NCBI GenBank assembly: GCA_965153455.1
Contig: OZ234493.1
Span: 8,856,213 to 8,920,212, forward strand
Direction of reading: 5' to 3'
Length of the DNA stretch: 64,000 nt
DNA from: Sphagnum compactum
Taxonomy: Eukaryota
In this document: positions 1 to 12,383 of the stretch, piece after piece
Numbering within the stretch: position 1 is the stretch's first letter
Layout: each line of letters opens with the position of its first letter
The notes under the pieces: model-generated
The model's database searches: none
What the model saw: the letters and a program-made list of their open reading frames with translations, nothing else
What the model was told of the DNA's origin: nothing
Translations under genes and position numbers: made by a program

Positions 1-13
1 TTCAATAAAATAG

Positions 14-130
14 GTACCTACCTACCTACCTACCTACCTAGTAGCCCTACCTACCTACCTACCTACTTACCTACCTACCTAGTAGTCATGATTCAATAAA
101 ACCTACCTACCTACCTACCTACCTACCTAG
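14..130. repeat. (CTAC)n / (GTAG)n tetranucleotide microsatellite, interrupted
   Basis: Direct runs of ctacctacctac. Related degenerate GTAG runs occur near 13650-13810 and 24940-25100. Confidence 0.9.
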
Positions 131-859
131 GAGTGGCATACAATTTTAGGAATTGAATTTCCATGCAATCAATGAGAAAGTCGCTTCATGGAGTGAAGAA
201 GGGGACTCCTTTATTATATATATTATATTGCCCCCAAGCTAATGGACGTGCATGTGTAGATTTTGGGTGCACCCATCCAATTGATGGGTTGTTTTGAAAT
301 TTACCCATCTACTTGTTGGGTTTCTTCTCAAAATATGATGAATGTCAGGTAACTGATTTAATCATGCTTCTATATCATCTTCTTTTTTCTTTTTCTTTTT
401 TTGGGTTGTCGCTTGCCTTTTTGTATCACGAGGTTTCATATCACTATGAAATGTTTTTAAAAATTCTTGTGATTAATTTTTTAAATGAAATTTATTTGAT
501 AAACATGCAACTAATTAGCTTCAATTCATTTAAATCTTATTAAAATGGGATTCTTAAAAAAAATGATTTGAAAGATTATGCAAGAATCGAGTAAAATAAA
601 ACACATCAGTTTTATATTAAAATTTTAATATAAAATTCATTTATTGAGACAATCAATTTGATGTTATTTTAAAAACTTCTATAAGGCTTTGATGAAGATT
701 AAATTTAAAAAATCATAATGAAATTCATTGTTAATTGAATAATTTGTTTGTATTGTTGTTGCTTTTTATGTGATAAAAATTTATTATTACCCTAAGATAG
801 TAGACATGCACCTATGATGATTTTAGGTTTTAACAAGCATGTATGGAGCAAACACAACT

Positions 860-1190
860 AGTTTCTTCTTGGGGGAGTGGTGGGTCTTCAAAGCACAAAG
901 TTCCCATGTTCCTGACATGTTTCCCAAAGAGTTCCCAATAGCACCTCTCTTTTATCCCATATGCTTTGCCAAATGTTGTCCTCCTTTCACCTATATAGCT
1001 GAGCTATAGCTAGATCAAAGTGAAAGAACTCTAAGCTTCAAAATAGGGCCTTTTAATTTGGGGAGCTTTCATAGTTTCATATTTTTTTGGTGATGGGCCA
1101 ATCAAATTGGCTTGTTGCAAAAGAAGAAAAAAGTAATTGAACTTGGGAGGCAGCTCATCTAATTAAATAGGAGAGGTGAATAAGAGAGGC
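860..1190 (+). repeat. Dispersed MITE-like repeat, copy 1 (partner at 26570-26960 in opposite orientation)
   Basis: ttcccaatagcacctctcttttatcccatatgctttgccaaa and gatgggccaatcaaattggcttgttgcaa approximately match the reverse complements of ttgggcaaaatatatgggatacaaaatgaggagccattaggaac and ttgcaatgagccattttgattcgcccatc. Confidence 0.6.
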
Positions 1191-4100
1191 CAAGTTGAAT
1201 CATTTCTATGTAGTTGAAAATCTCTCCCAAAAAAAGTTTAATTATAGTGTGTTTCAAGTCCCATTTTCGCTTTTTTTTTTTCTTTTTACCAAACTTGTAA
1301 GTTGTTATGAACGTGACAATGAAAAGTTGAATACATACATGGATGATTAGTTCTTAGTTGTTTTAGAAAAAAGAGGCACCTTTTTTTTCCTTGCATCTAG
1401 CTACTAGTTTCTTAAGAAAGATTTCCAAATGTGAAGCACTTTAGCAAGTGCACAATACATGGATAAAATCCATGTTGAAACCAATCGATGCAATACCCTC
1501 ACCAAAATATATATGCAATTCAACTAATGAATGTTAAAGGGTTTAGGGTGTGTGTGTGTGTATCTTCATTTTAATAGGAATTTTTATATTAAAACATGAA
1601 AATCAAGTGTTGGTTATACTTGTCATGGCTCCTATTTATGTGATTGCACCCAAAAACTTTACATTTCTCATAAGTTTTTATGCCAAGCAATGCCAAAGGA
1701 ACATGACATTCATAAATTAGTTCACCTCGACTCCACCTCTAATGAATGCTTATTTTGAGAATGTTTTGCTCCTTGGGCATTACCTTACACAAAATCTTTG
1801 GAGGATATAACTTTCACAAACAAATTGTTCATTAATATGTTTATGAGTATTTTGAAATAAGCTCCTTCAATTGTCCGTGAACAAAATATTATTGGACACA
1901 AAGTTAAAATTTTGGATTGATCACATCTCATTCATTTGGGCTATGGAGTCAAAAGTGTTTGTGAATAAATGCTTTGCCTACAACATATTGACATTGTTTC
2001 CTTTAGCAAAAGGGTCTATATGGTTGCTACATGAATTGGTGATTTAATTTTCAATCATGTAGTTTTGCCAAGCTAAAGGTTCATAAACGAATTCATATGT
2101 GCATTTTGATTTAGCTATTAAGTTCAAGTTTGAATACGTATCATGAACCAAGATGTGATACAAACTTCTCCTTTTGGTCTAATTTTAAGGGGATTCGGTC
2201 CTTTGGATATTGGGATATAGTAATTGCTTTGCTGAATTCAAGGCACTTGCCATGCTTTTGTGATCAAAGCCTATTTAACAAGGTAAAAGTCGTTAATTAG
2301 ATTTACTAACACAATTATATAGAATACATATTTGGGCTCCAGGTTGCTTCGCATTACTAGTGACAATTGCCTTCATAGAAAGGAAGGCAAAAGCAAGATA
2401 GACAACAAGATACAAACATACAAAATGGAATTTTGTCGACGACGAATTATAATTCACAATGATTCTGAAATTGTCGCAGTGACAATCATCGAAAAAACCG
2501 ATCTTACCTAAGCCAGTTCTGATGAGCCGTTGTCACTGGAAGGAACCAAGGAGTGATGTAGTGAGCATTGTAGTGCGTGGTGTTGAGGACACACAAAACA
2601 CAAGACTGGAAAGATGGGACGATTTTATAAGTAAAGTAGGGGTATTCTTTGTCTCCAAGTACGGAGGCTGAAGAAAGATCATGTGGTCTGAGAAAGAGAG
2701 AGGTTTCAATAGGGTCCCAAGTAGGATACATTGTGATGATAAATTGGGGAATATCTTCCATCTATGGGCTTTCCAAATCATAAAGCGTAAAGCAAAATTT
2801 ATCATGAACCTAAACACACACATATATATAGATCACAATGTGTATGAGAGGGACCAATGTTACATGATTCTGGGTTCTTGGCTAGGTCTAGGTCTAGATT
2901 CAGGTCTAGGAACTGGATCCAACATCTCTACATGGATGCAAACCTGGCCAAGAATTGGACTCCATGCACCTTGAAGGATTTTTTTACAAGATCCAAGTCA
3001 TAGGGTTAAGTAGGGGTTAGGGTTTTAACTTTAAATGCTTCAGAGCTCAGAGCTTAACAGCATCCATAAATCAGCTTCATGGATGCACCATTCCTATGCA
3101 ACTCTGTGACATAACATAACAAAATGGCTGCAATATTTTCCATCAGCAGCTGTGATTGAAGAAATAAAAGGTAAGTAAGATGGATGACTACACATACAGA
3201 ACAAACACTCCAGAGTTCAGGGTTCTAAAAATTCACTCTCTTAAGACTCATCTCACATTTGCATTGTGTTCACCCCTTTCTACTTGTATCACCATTGCCA
3301 ACATTCTACCAGAGAGCTCCCAACTCCAAACATAAACTGGATTGCTCCTCCTGGTGCCAGCAGAAAGTGTATTGCAAGATGCTCTTGTATAGAATGGGCA
3401 CCAATGTGATGTCAGACTTGCCACCACACTGAGGCCCATTGGACTTTGTGTTGGAAAAACATTCAAAAGTGCTCTGTCCTTGCACTAACAAGCAATGCAC
3501 AAAACTCTCAAACCCTAGATCCTCAAACCTCCTGTGAATGGACTAAAAGGTCTAGAATGGGTAGGTTCACTGACTGTTCTGAAAACAGACTGTAATCAAT
3601 GCCTACTTTGAGGGTAAAAATCAGTTCAAGCATTTGACAAAGGGCATGTAAAGTCTTGCCCAGACAACTAGTCTTGATGGTTAGGTACTCCTATTATTCA
3701 AACAGGAAAAGGACTGATGCCAGAGTTGTGTGTTAAAATAGTCATGTTACAAATACAAACAACCATTAGAAAGAACATGCTTCTCCTGAAGCTCAAACCA
3801 AAACCTGAACTTCTAAACCAAACTTAGAAATGACCTACTTGGCCGCCTCTGCTTCTAGCACTTTTGCAAACATATCAACATGGCACAGAGATCCTATCTT
3901 TGTACCAGTACCATGTAAAGCAGTCTGCAAATAAGAGCCCCCAGAGATTCTCAAACCCCCCAAAAAACCACATTCTGCAAAAAATATACCATACAAACCT
4001 GTGGTCTGGGCCCAAGCTGGAAGTAAGAAATGTCTATGGTGACAACCTCAATCTGAGATAGGGGCAACAGGTTAGGTTGCTCATCTCCACTGATGATCAG

Positions 4101-4360
4101 CATTGTTTTCTTCTAGAAGGGTACCATTCCCAACAAACTGTCAATCACAGCCCCAGACCAGAGGAAAAGGGGGGACAACTGTGTACTCAAAGACTTTGGT
4201 TGTAGAAAATGACACAGGAAGTCTCTGCTCTTTGCTTGTACCTAGTTCTTCTTCAACTGCAAGATTGGAATCTGGTTTGAATGCATCAAAACCTAGAGAT
4301 ACTGCACCATTGAACAGAACCCAAATGGATGGAAGCATTGCATGGGCACCTAAAAGTGCA

Positions 4361-7300
4361 CTATTTCACACTACCAGCATCCTCTCTCTGTGCCAAAGGA
4401 AGCTCCACATTGACCAGAAAATAACTCTTACCAGCATCTCGGATATATTGCACATCACCATTCATCAGCTTTACAAGTTTGCGGCACATACTCAACCCCA
4501 GCCCTTCTTGTGTCATCCCCCTCCCACGATCAAACATCTCATTAACCAGCTCCTCTGGCAACCCTGATCCTGGATGTGTTACTCTGCAACCATCATATGA
4601 CTTCAACCTTCAGCACCAGACTAACCCCTGAATTAGCAAGCACTGAAATCTAGAGAAAATGTTGAGAGTAAGAAGATTGCAAACAAAAATACACCCTAGT
4701 GTGTTCATGTAGACACATGATAGCCAAGATCAAGAACAAGTGACTAACAATCTAGGAACTCAAATCCCAAAAACATAGCTGCACCTGAACTCTAGTTGCA
4801 TGACATGTACACCACCACCTAGGCGCTTTCTTGTTGGGACCACCTTGATCCCAACCCAGCCCTCAGAAGATGGGGTGAAACGCACTGCATTCAGCAAAAA
4901 ATCCGCCAACACCTGCTGTAACCGAACTTGGTCACCAAACAGGCACATGTTCTTAATCTCCCTTGGTGTCTCCCGAATGATCTGAAGCCCCTTCTCCCTT
5001 GATGTGATCATACCTTGACTTACAACCGCATCCATCACAGTTCCCATCTCAAACTCCATTGTTTCAAGTTCCAGGTACCTGCCCCCATTGCACAGGAGCC
5101 CTTTATTTTGGGCCTTGACAATGTAATTGCTCTTGTATACAGAAAAATAGTCAGCCCTACTTCTCAGAATGTTCCCTAACAGAATCAGGAAACCAATACC
5201 AATCTCCCAGATATCTCAAAAGATGTCTGTAGCTGAATGGTACACCTCTGAGATTGCAGAGGAAACTCCACAATCACACTTTGATGGTAACTTTTATGTC
5301 AGATCCAGCAGAAGAAAAATTAGACAACAAAAATGAGTGTGGTCATAACCTTATGAGTGTCACTCACAAAGTATCAGACCTTCAACCTCATCATGAATAG
5401 CAGTGACTATCTGCCATGACCTCACACTGACTCCATCAGCTCCCAATAATCGTATGTGCACCTGCCCAAAATTTCAGGCAAGAAATGGAACAAAAACTTG
5501 GTTAACTAATTCTAAGTCGATTTTTATCCATCAGCATTTGACCACATCATGATATGTTTAGTTATTTCTATCTTCATCTGTAGAACCCAGAACCAACTGT
5601 GGTCTCCAGGGGCCCTGTCAGATGAAAAGTCTAGTGAAGGCCCTTAGCAATCAACTCACTGTTACAAGCCTGGTTGCATATACTCCATGGAAAATGCAAG
5701 AAGTTCAAAGGTAAACTAGTCTATAAGCATAGAGATGGGGTTGTGTCTAATTTGACCTGAAAACTAGTTAAGCAGCAACACACCAAAAAAAGAAAAAATC
5801 TCATCTTCAATCCCTTGGGAAAAGCAAGAAGGGATTATTGCTGTACCCATCCTCAATACTCTCAAGGTCCATGTCATCTAGAATCTTCCGCAATTGCCGC
5901 TCACAGACTGCACTTGTCTCCACGAACTGCTTTTGGTCCTCTGATAAGTCTGTATCCTCCATCAGATTTCGTGTAAACATTATGCCATACATAGGGTTCT
6001 TAATCTCCTGCCTAATGTAGGCCAGCTCCTTGAGCTTTGCAAATGCCACCTTCTCAGTTGCTCGTTGTACTGTGAGTGCCTGCATGCATGTTACAAAAGC
6101 AACACTTCAACAAACCACAACTCACCTCATCCGGAAAAGTCAAAGAGTTTTTTCAACCTCAGAGAAGATAAAAGGCAAGACCCACCTGGAGTAACTCCAC
6201 ACTTGCAATTTGCAAGAAGCAAAACACGCCAGTGATGACCCCATTAGCATCAGTTCTCTTGTTTGCCGTGAGAAGGGCTTCGACATACTTGCCATGCCGG
6301 TCAAAGAAAGAGAATGGAAACTTGTCTGTATCTTGGCCATCCATAGCACTGTTGAGCAATATCATGAACTTGGTCATTGAATCCTGCCCCTTGAGCCGGC
6401 AGCACATCATTTGAATACCAAAAATCTCACCTACTAGCATCTTGCCAAGCACCTGCATCCAAATTCACCAAAACCTAAAGTACTGTATTTGTCCATAGTT
6501 ACAACTACTCTTAGCGTTGCATGTCACAAATCATTCAGAAAACTCAGAGTGCTACTGGACATCCATTGAGAAACATGGACAGAGTGGGCATTGCAGCAAA
6601 ACGTAAAGAACGGTGAAAAGTACCTCCTCTCTTTTCCATCCAGTGAGCTTCTCGATGGATGCATTCCACTCCGAGCAGTAACCATACTCATCAGAACCAA
6701 AAATAGGCGGGATCAAGGGATTTGGATTTTGCACTATTGCTTTGTAGTCACCTTGTATGCGAGTGAACTTGTCACAGACCAATTTGTGGCCAGTCACATC
6801 TTGTCCCACAAAACAGACACCCACCACATTCTCTGTCACATCCCTACTTGAGCATGCATTTACAATCAAGATCACTGCTCCTTTTTCCTTTTGTGAACCG
6901 TATGTTTTTAGTTTAATCTCCACATTCTGCTCTTCCTCACCTGCAAGGGAGAAGCACCCAACTCACAATTAGATTACAGCAGCACTTGATCACATTCACA
7001 TGTGTGAGCAAGAGGAGATAAATTGGATGCCATAAGAGATCAAAACCATACCTTGCAAGGCAAGATAAAGCAGGCGCTCAACAACTTCTGCAGAATCCTC
7101 CAGAATCAAATCCTTGACAAGTGATCGACCCATAGCTTCCCCAACTGGCAACCCTGTCAATTCTGCAACTTTTGCATTCCAGCCATTTATAAAGCCACTT
7201 GAATCAACTGCCAGAATTGGCGCTGTTGCTGTCTCAATCAACCTAACCATCTCATTTGCTACTGTGCTGAGCTCATCCATGCCCTGCAATTTCAGGTCAT

Positions 7301-9101
7301 TCAGGCGGGCATGAATCATTGTCTTAGTGTCACTGTCATCAATATCCTGAAAAGAGCCTCGCAGTATGAGCTGGAGAGAATGGATAGCATCCATCTCCAC
7401 ATCCTCCCAAGGTAAACTCCGTCGCTTCATGACCTCCAGAAAGGCCTTAAAAGAAGACCTTGGGTGCATTTTACGTCCATCATCCCTTTCATCTGGGTCA
7501 TGCTTTGCTCCTCCCCACTTGGTTTCCTTTGCTGTGTGAGACCTGAACCAGAAAAGAAAGTCCTTGGGTGTGATTTTTGCAGCTGCCATTCCACACACAG
7601 CATCCCCAAGCAAAGCCGCATGTGGATAACCTGCATCTGCCAGACTGTCTGTACTAAGACCTGTAGAATCCTTGTGGTACTCAAGCAGCCAATCTGCAAT
7701 TTCTTTAATCTGTGACTCTGTGGGAGTAATCCCCAGAAGCCAATACCTCTTGCCATAATATAATGCAGCACCATCACATTTTACTAGATCCATGATATTG
7801 GGGGACTGTGAGACAATGCCAATGGGTGCATCCCGAAGAAGCATGTCACAAAGTAGAGTTTGAGTCCTCAGAATGTGCTTCTCTCTCAGCTGTGAAGAGA
7901 GCTCAACTTCCATGTTCAGCTGGAGCCCAAAAACCTGCATCAGAAACTCACATGCAGATCGGAGTGGAAATGGTACAGTGCGTGGTGATGTGTGATGGCA
8001 AACAACCAAGCCCCATAGTTTCCGACCTTTCTGCTGGTACCCACCACGCCCATTGGAACCTTCATCTGAGTCATTGATGATCACTGCCATAACCAGTGAT
8101 GCAATTGAGCCCATGTTGCCCATATACTGGGCATGACATCCATGAGGAGCTCGGAGTGTAGAGCCTGCCAAGCTCAATGGCTTCCGCAGATCCTTGTCTT
8201 GAATGACCTTCACAGGTGGTGCACAGCAGTCACCTATCATCCGAACTCTGTTTTTCATGAACAGGAACCTGGAAGCCTGTGGAATATCAGTGGCTGGATA
8301 ATGCAGACCTAAGTAAGGCTCAAGATCAGACCTACGAATCTCTGCTAGTACCTCTCCGTGCTCATCTTCATGAAACTTGTAAGCCATAACTCGGTCGTAA
8401 CCCGTCAGTTCTCGAACTTCTTCAACAACAGTATCACAGAGAATACCTATATCTCCACCAGGAAGAGACTGCAACCTTGAAATTGCTTTTGCTGCCAGCT
8501 TGTGAGATTGCAAAGCTCCCGCTGATGACACAATCACATCATTCTGATGAACTGGCTCGAAATCGATGACCAACCCAACATCAATGCGATGCATAATTGC
8601 ATAGAATGGCTTCCCCGAGCTGCGAGAATGTACTGAGATAGGGTTTAGCATGCTTACATCCACTGCAACAGACGCCTTCTCTAATGCAGCTGCACTGGAA
8701 GGAGTGAACAAAGACCTAGCATCCGTGCCTATGCCTAACACATCCTGCTGTCCGACGCTGGGAACGGCCTGCGGCATGAGATCCAGCATCTCCGGTGCGT
8801 TCTCTGAGTAAGCCAATACCCTAAAAGTGCCATCCTCCACCGCAAGCATGCACCCGAACGTTTGCGTGAGCCCCCCTCGCTGCATCCGCTGCAGGTAAGC
8901 CGTCACAGCCTGCGCGGGGACGCTTTCCCCTGTGGACTTAGTGGCATGGACGGACTTGGTATAGTCGAAGGAATCACCGGAGTCCCCAGACTCCTCGTAC
9001 ACGGCTTGCAGCTTCGCATCCGCCGTCGTCTGCGCCACTCGCACACTGTGCTTCGACTTGGCAGAACTCGCAGAAGAATAAGTCAATTTGGTAGTCGACA
9101 T
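4361..9101 (-). CDS. PHY: Phytochrome (PAS-GAF-PHY-PAS-PAS-HKRD), moss-type, 1127 aa
   Basis: Exons: 9101-7052, 6940-6624, 6452-6186, 6079-5847, 5078-4785, 4583-4361, all GT-AG, 3384 nt in frame. Starts [29 protein letters not shown]. Contains [11 protein letters not shown], the chromophore Cys in [19 protein letters not shown] tongue MHPRSSF, and HKRD motifs [25 protein letters not shown] and [19 protein letters not shown]. Confidence 0.97.
5345..5482. repeat. Intron-resident dispersed repeat, copy A (PHY intron 4)
   Basis: aagtatcagaccttcaacctcatcatgaatagcagtgactatctgccatgac...catcagctcc...ctgcccaaaattt aligns by eye with 37600-37755 and 36400-36545. Confidence 0.75.
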
Positions 9102-9304
9102 AGTGCATATCCCTTCTCCTATTCTCCTCCTCTCTCCTCTCGTTTCCTCCTCCTCCTCCAGAAACCCCAACTCTGCAACGCAATGAAACCCTAGCAATAC
9201 AACAACCCTCCAGCACCAACCAGCCCCAAACCCTGAAACGCTATTGGCTTCGGTGGCCCGACGACCAAGCTTCCCGGCAACTAAAAGCTCAAACGCTCTC
9301 CATT

Positions 9305-9400
9305 TTATAGCCCCATAGGACCAGCGCCGAAAGCGGCTCTATAATTGGCACTAAAACTGCTGCTTCTTCTCATGCCACCATGGGGCATCATCGTCATCAT
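9305..9400 (-). other. Candidate upstream ORF (31 aa, [31 protein letters not shown]) in the PHY leader
   Basis: ATG at 9400 to TAA at 9305, ending ~200 nt upstream of the PHY ATG. A second mini-ORF (MESV*) starts at 9303. The transcription start is unknown. Confidence 0.35.
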
Positions 9401-9639
9401 CTTTACGCTCTTGCCACTCAAAAATTGATGCAATTTTTAAACGAAAAAAAATTTGGTGTCACGCCAAAATGGAAACAAGCTTCCCAAGTGTTCTTGTTGC
9501 GCACACAAGCAGAAACGCAGCAGCAGAAGAGAGGAGTATTCTCTCTCCCTCTCTTCTTCTCTTCTTCTCTTCTCTTGTGTGTGTGTGTGTGGGGGGGGGG
9601 GGAGGTGGCTTCAACTAACGTAAAAAGATAGCCATGGAT

Positions 9640-10250
9640 AGTGATAACCGGAGGGTATACTTCCCTTGTCCTAAGAACCGCCCAGCGGCGGGTCGGTTCC
9701 TGTGGCGTTCGTATTTCGACCTCGACAGTAACTAATAACCGCCAGTTCCCGTCATGAAATGCGAGAAGAAGAACCGTGGGTTCTCGTCTGGATGGACAAC
9801 CGCACTATATCCGGTGGGTATTTATCCATCGTCCTAAGGACCCTCGGTTCACGCGTTGGAGCGGTTCTTCGGTCACGATAATAACCGCCAGTCCCCGTTA
9901 TCGAATGCACGATGGCGAAGCACCGTTGCGGTCTCGGATGGGTGGGAGGAGGGGGGGGAGGATAGTAACCGGCGGGTACTTATCCTTCGTTCAAAGAACC
10001 GCCCAGCGTCGACTGGCTCCTCCGTTGGAGCGGTTCTTTGAACGCGATAATAACATCCGGTTCCCTTGATTCGGAACAAGAAGGAGGAAAACCGGGTCCT
10101 TAGGCGGTTATGTGACCCGTTTTCGAAGCACATTGAGAACCGTGTCCACCTATAAGAACCGCTTTGATACCCGGAAGGGGCTTTAGGGGGGGGCAGTTAG
10201 TTTCTGATACCCCCTTCGCTCGGGCAGCCAGTTCCGGTTTCCTGCAGATT
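9640..10250. repeat. GC-rich internally repetitive element upstream of PHY
   Basis: Recurrent modules at ~150-170 bp spacing: aagaaccgcccagcg (twice), taataaccgccagt (twice), ttggagcggttctt..cgataataac (twice). The motifs ataaccgcc and gcggttcttt also occur inside 48000-48480. Confidence 0.65.
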
Positions 10251-10339
10251 CCACATCTTTCTGTTTACTTTTTCGTTTCCTTTTAGAGACTAGCTGTTTC
10301 TTTTTTGAGGACTGGGAAAGATAAAACCAAAAAGATAAA

Positions 10340-10600
10340 AGATAATCATAGGTTTCGGGATCTCGACCCATACAAAGGATTTTCCATGGAAAAAAAAAGG
10401 CTCAAATTCGCCAGATCTTGAAGAAGAAAAAAATCCATATCGCCATATTTTTTTGATAACTTCCAATAGGTAGCCAAGAATATAGAAAGATGCTGTTTTT
10501 TTTCAAAAACTTTTGATATCTAGCATATAGCCAAATCTGGCTAAATCATCTTATTAATGATCAATACTTCGGCTACATCACACAAAGCCAATACCCTGTC
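10340..10600. repeat. Dispersed MITE-like repeat with TAGCCAAATNTGGCTA palindrome
   Basis: Contains tagccaaatctggcta and tagccaagaatatagaa. Related segments occur at 20930-21120, 27110-27310 and probably 14750-14950. Confidence 0.6.
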
Positions 10601-12007
10601 AGGGCGGATCTTATGGCTTGCAGCCATGGTTCTCAAAAAATAAAATACCCGGATTGACATATATATATAATCACAGTTGTTCTCCAAAAAATAAATACCC
10701 ATGGTTCTCAATTTTTTTTCCAAAAAAGTTTTAACCACCCAAAAAATTGTCAGTTTCTTTATTCAGTTTTTTGCCGGGTCTTTCATAAAGCCTGGCGGTT
10801 CTTTGAGGGTTCATGAAATTTGAATTGAATTAAAATTAAAATTAAAATCAATCAAATTCTTAAATTGAAATTGTAATTCAATTTAATTCAAGTATATTGA
10901 ATGAAATTAGTATTCAATTCAATTTAAATACATTCAACAAAATTAAAATTCAATTTTAATTTACCTAAATTCAAATTGTATTTGAAGAGAAATGAGATGC
11001 AAATTGATGGAGATGATATTGAAAATTTATTCATAATATGTTGTTGGGAAAAGGGAAAAACAAAAAAAAAAAAAAACAACAACAACAACAACAACAACAT
11101 CATCATCATCATAAAAAAAGACATAAAATGTTTTAAAATTATCTTTCCCTGCCTCTTTTATTTCAGAATGGGCTAGACATATTTCAATTTGAAGCTATCC
11201 AAAAGACTAGTTCACAACTTATGAAACTTAAAGTTGTCTTCACCACTAAAGTCGCTCCAATGAATCATTTCTAGAATTTAGTTATTTGACAAACATGTCC
11301 ACACTTCTTCACACCTAAAAATACTTTTACCTCAAAACTCCATTGCTTAGTGGAGAGAAGTGAGAGAGGGGATGCTAATTTGAGTTGTTTAGCGAACCAA
11401 TTAAGTTTAAGAAAGCGGGAGGGAGCGGGGATGTTAATTTGGTTTTTTTTTAACGACAAAATGGCCAAGCATAATTTCCCTCCCATGGGCTACATTATTT
11501 GAACATAAACAAACTCCCTTTTCATTTTTATGTATATTTTGAGAAATATTATTCTTTTGTTTTTTCACCTACTTTTAAAAGGAGTTGGGCATAATTCCCT
11601 TCCCACTCTTAAGGAGTAAGCATATTAGGTCGCTTCTCTTTTCTAAGATCCATTTATGGTGATAAGGTAGGTGTCATCCAAATCATTCTTGAAATTTTCT
11701 CTCAATGCTTTGAGTCGAACAAAACTATGGATGCCATAATTTTTCCCCTTTGGTGCCACAAGACTTCTTGTTGCGACATGCAAGTTTTTGGTTTAGGCAA
11801 AGTTTTTGCATGTCAGCGTTCAACAACGTGCATGGACTTGGTCGTCAACAAGTAAACACAGGCTTACGTATATTTTCACTGCTCCTATCTGTACAGCTAC
11901 TATGATTACTCTCAAACCTTTTGCATTGAATGAACGCAAATCAAGTTGTCAGTTTCATTATGGACAACAATCTAGATCATTGTCAGCATGGTAGATCCCA
12001 AAACAGA

Positions 12008-12383
12008 TCACAACAAGGCATCACAAACATGCTGGCCCTGCCAATAGATAAGATGCACTACATCTTCTACCTACTAATGTGTCCACACTCTGAACACCCA
12101 AAAAAAATCCGTTCCAATCTAAATAGTCTAAACACTTTCACTAAAGAAACCTGTTCACCTAATGTGAAACCATCTCTAATAAGGTAAAACTTACCAAAAG
12201 TTGGATCCAATGCGATGATAGTCCCTGGCCCCATGGCCCCAACAACAACAACAACAACAACAACGAGGTCGAACACAATGCACATATGAGACTCTGCAAA
12301 GGCAACAACTCCAAGCTTTTTAGCATGGGAAATTGGAGGGAACATTCAACATGTTGAAGATAGGACAATACAACAACACCCAT
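12008..12383 (-). CDS. Putative two-exon small hydrophobic protein (83 aa), unknown function
   Basis: Exon 1 12383-12195 ends at a consensus donor TTG|GTAAGT. A 124-nt intron ends ttagtag. Exon 2 12070-12008 is in frame to TGA. Product: MGVVVLSYLQHVECSLQFPMLKSLELLPLQSLICALCSTSLLLLLLLLGPWGQGLSSHWIQLL|VEDVVHLIYWQGQHVCDALL. GA/CT microsatellites upstream (about 12520 and 12750) are typical of plant promoters and leaders. Confidence 0.6.

Noticed and set aside
4103-4567. 154-aa antisense ORF over the PHY last exon, and similar antisense ORFs over other exons
   Set aside because: These are shadow ORFs of real coding exons or UTRs with no independent evidence.
5370-5400. Box C/D snoRNA (ATGATGA...CTGA on the - strand) in the intronic repeat
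   Set aside because: The boxes are only ~10 nt apart, and the C box is not preserved in the other copies.
9102-9197. 32-aa N-terminal extension of the phytochrome ORF in the track
   Set aside because: It begins at a non-ATG codon. The conserved N-terminus starts at ATG 9101 (MSTTK).
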